Of a stretch of DNA of 37,252 nucleotides, positions 36,819 to 37,252 are shown one piece after another (the stretch's first letter is position 1; each line of letters starts with the position of its first letter). Source of the stretch: a virus (Duplodnaviria; Caudoviricetes); IMG/VR virus record IMGVR_UViG_3300048599_000879, positions 1-37,252 of that record; one strand, given 5' to 3'. The notes under the pieces were generated by a model. The model made no database searches and was not told the origin of the DNA. It worked only from the letters and a program-made list of their open reading frames with translations. Both the position numbers and the translations under genes were made by a program.

Positions 36819-37252
36819 GCAACGTCGACAGGAGAGCAGCCCAGTCGGAGATCTTCGAAGACTACGGGATCTTCTACCAGTTCCTACGGGGCCAGAAGGC
36901 ACGTCTTGATTTCCTGGTGGTCCGCGTGGCCGGCCTGCGGCGGGTCGACGACAGAGACGAGCCGATCTACTCGCGATGGGTCAGCGGCAAACCCGATTGG
37001 GACTGCACAGATCCGGCCGAGGCCGATGTCCTCCTGGAGGGCCTGATCAAGTTCGACGGCGAGTCCAGCTGGGATGTCACCGCTGAAGAGGTGAATTTCG
37101 GCAACCTGGATGAAGCACTCGGCTGGGGCCGGCTGATGCAGCGTATGTACGAGATTGCCGCGTCGCAGATCGATGGGTTCGACGTCGAGTGCAACGGCAT
37201 GACCAGGCCGTCGTCGTCGTCGCCCGCTGGCCGGCCTGTTCCCTCCAATTGA
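36815..37252 (+). CDS. Hypothetical acidic protein
   Basis: ATG 36815 overlaps the upstream TGA; open to the window end (TGA). Confidence 0.6.
   Translation: MSNVDRRAAQSEIFEDYGIFYQFLRGQKARLDFLVVRVAGLRRVDDRDEPIYSRWVSGKPDWDCTDPAEADVLLEGLIKFDGESSWDVTAEEVNFGNLDEALGWGRLMQRMYEIAASQIDGFDVECNGMTRPSSSSPAGRPVPSN

Overview
The window is almost entirely one Mu-like (transposable) prophage with a non-contractile, lambda-type tail. It is GC-rich and probably from an alphaproteobacterium (inference from gene content and protein style). Left to right: a lipoprotein and an S24-type repressor on the minus strand; a divergent early operon (Ner, ParB-like, MuA, MuB, DnaA-domain-IV-like, Gam, GemA, Mor/C activator); lysis genes (GH108 endolysin, holin, nested spanins, DUF2730); packaging and head genes (gp26, TerS, TerL, portal, MuF with a C-terminal extension, protease/scaffold, decoration, capsid); neck and tail genes (tube, frameshifting chaperone, tape measure, Dit, S74-chaperoned fibre, L/K/J-like); and an MT-A70 methyltransferase cassette where Mu has mom. 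The window starts and ends on stop codons, and no TG...CA ends were identified. The most notable observations are: a central locus where MuF with a probable nuclease tail faces an antisense HEPN-motif gene; a phased A/T tract at the genome midpoint resembling Mu's strong gyrase site; a two-copy late-promoter motif with identical spacing; four 14-bp operators; a gp38-like polyglycine adhesin fused to the J protein; and two small genes missed by the ORF track. All family assignments come from motif recognition by eye; no searches were run.
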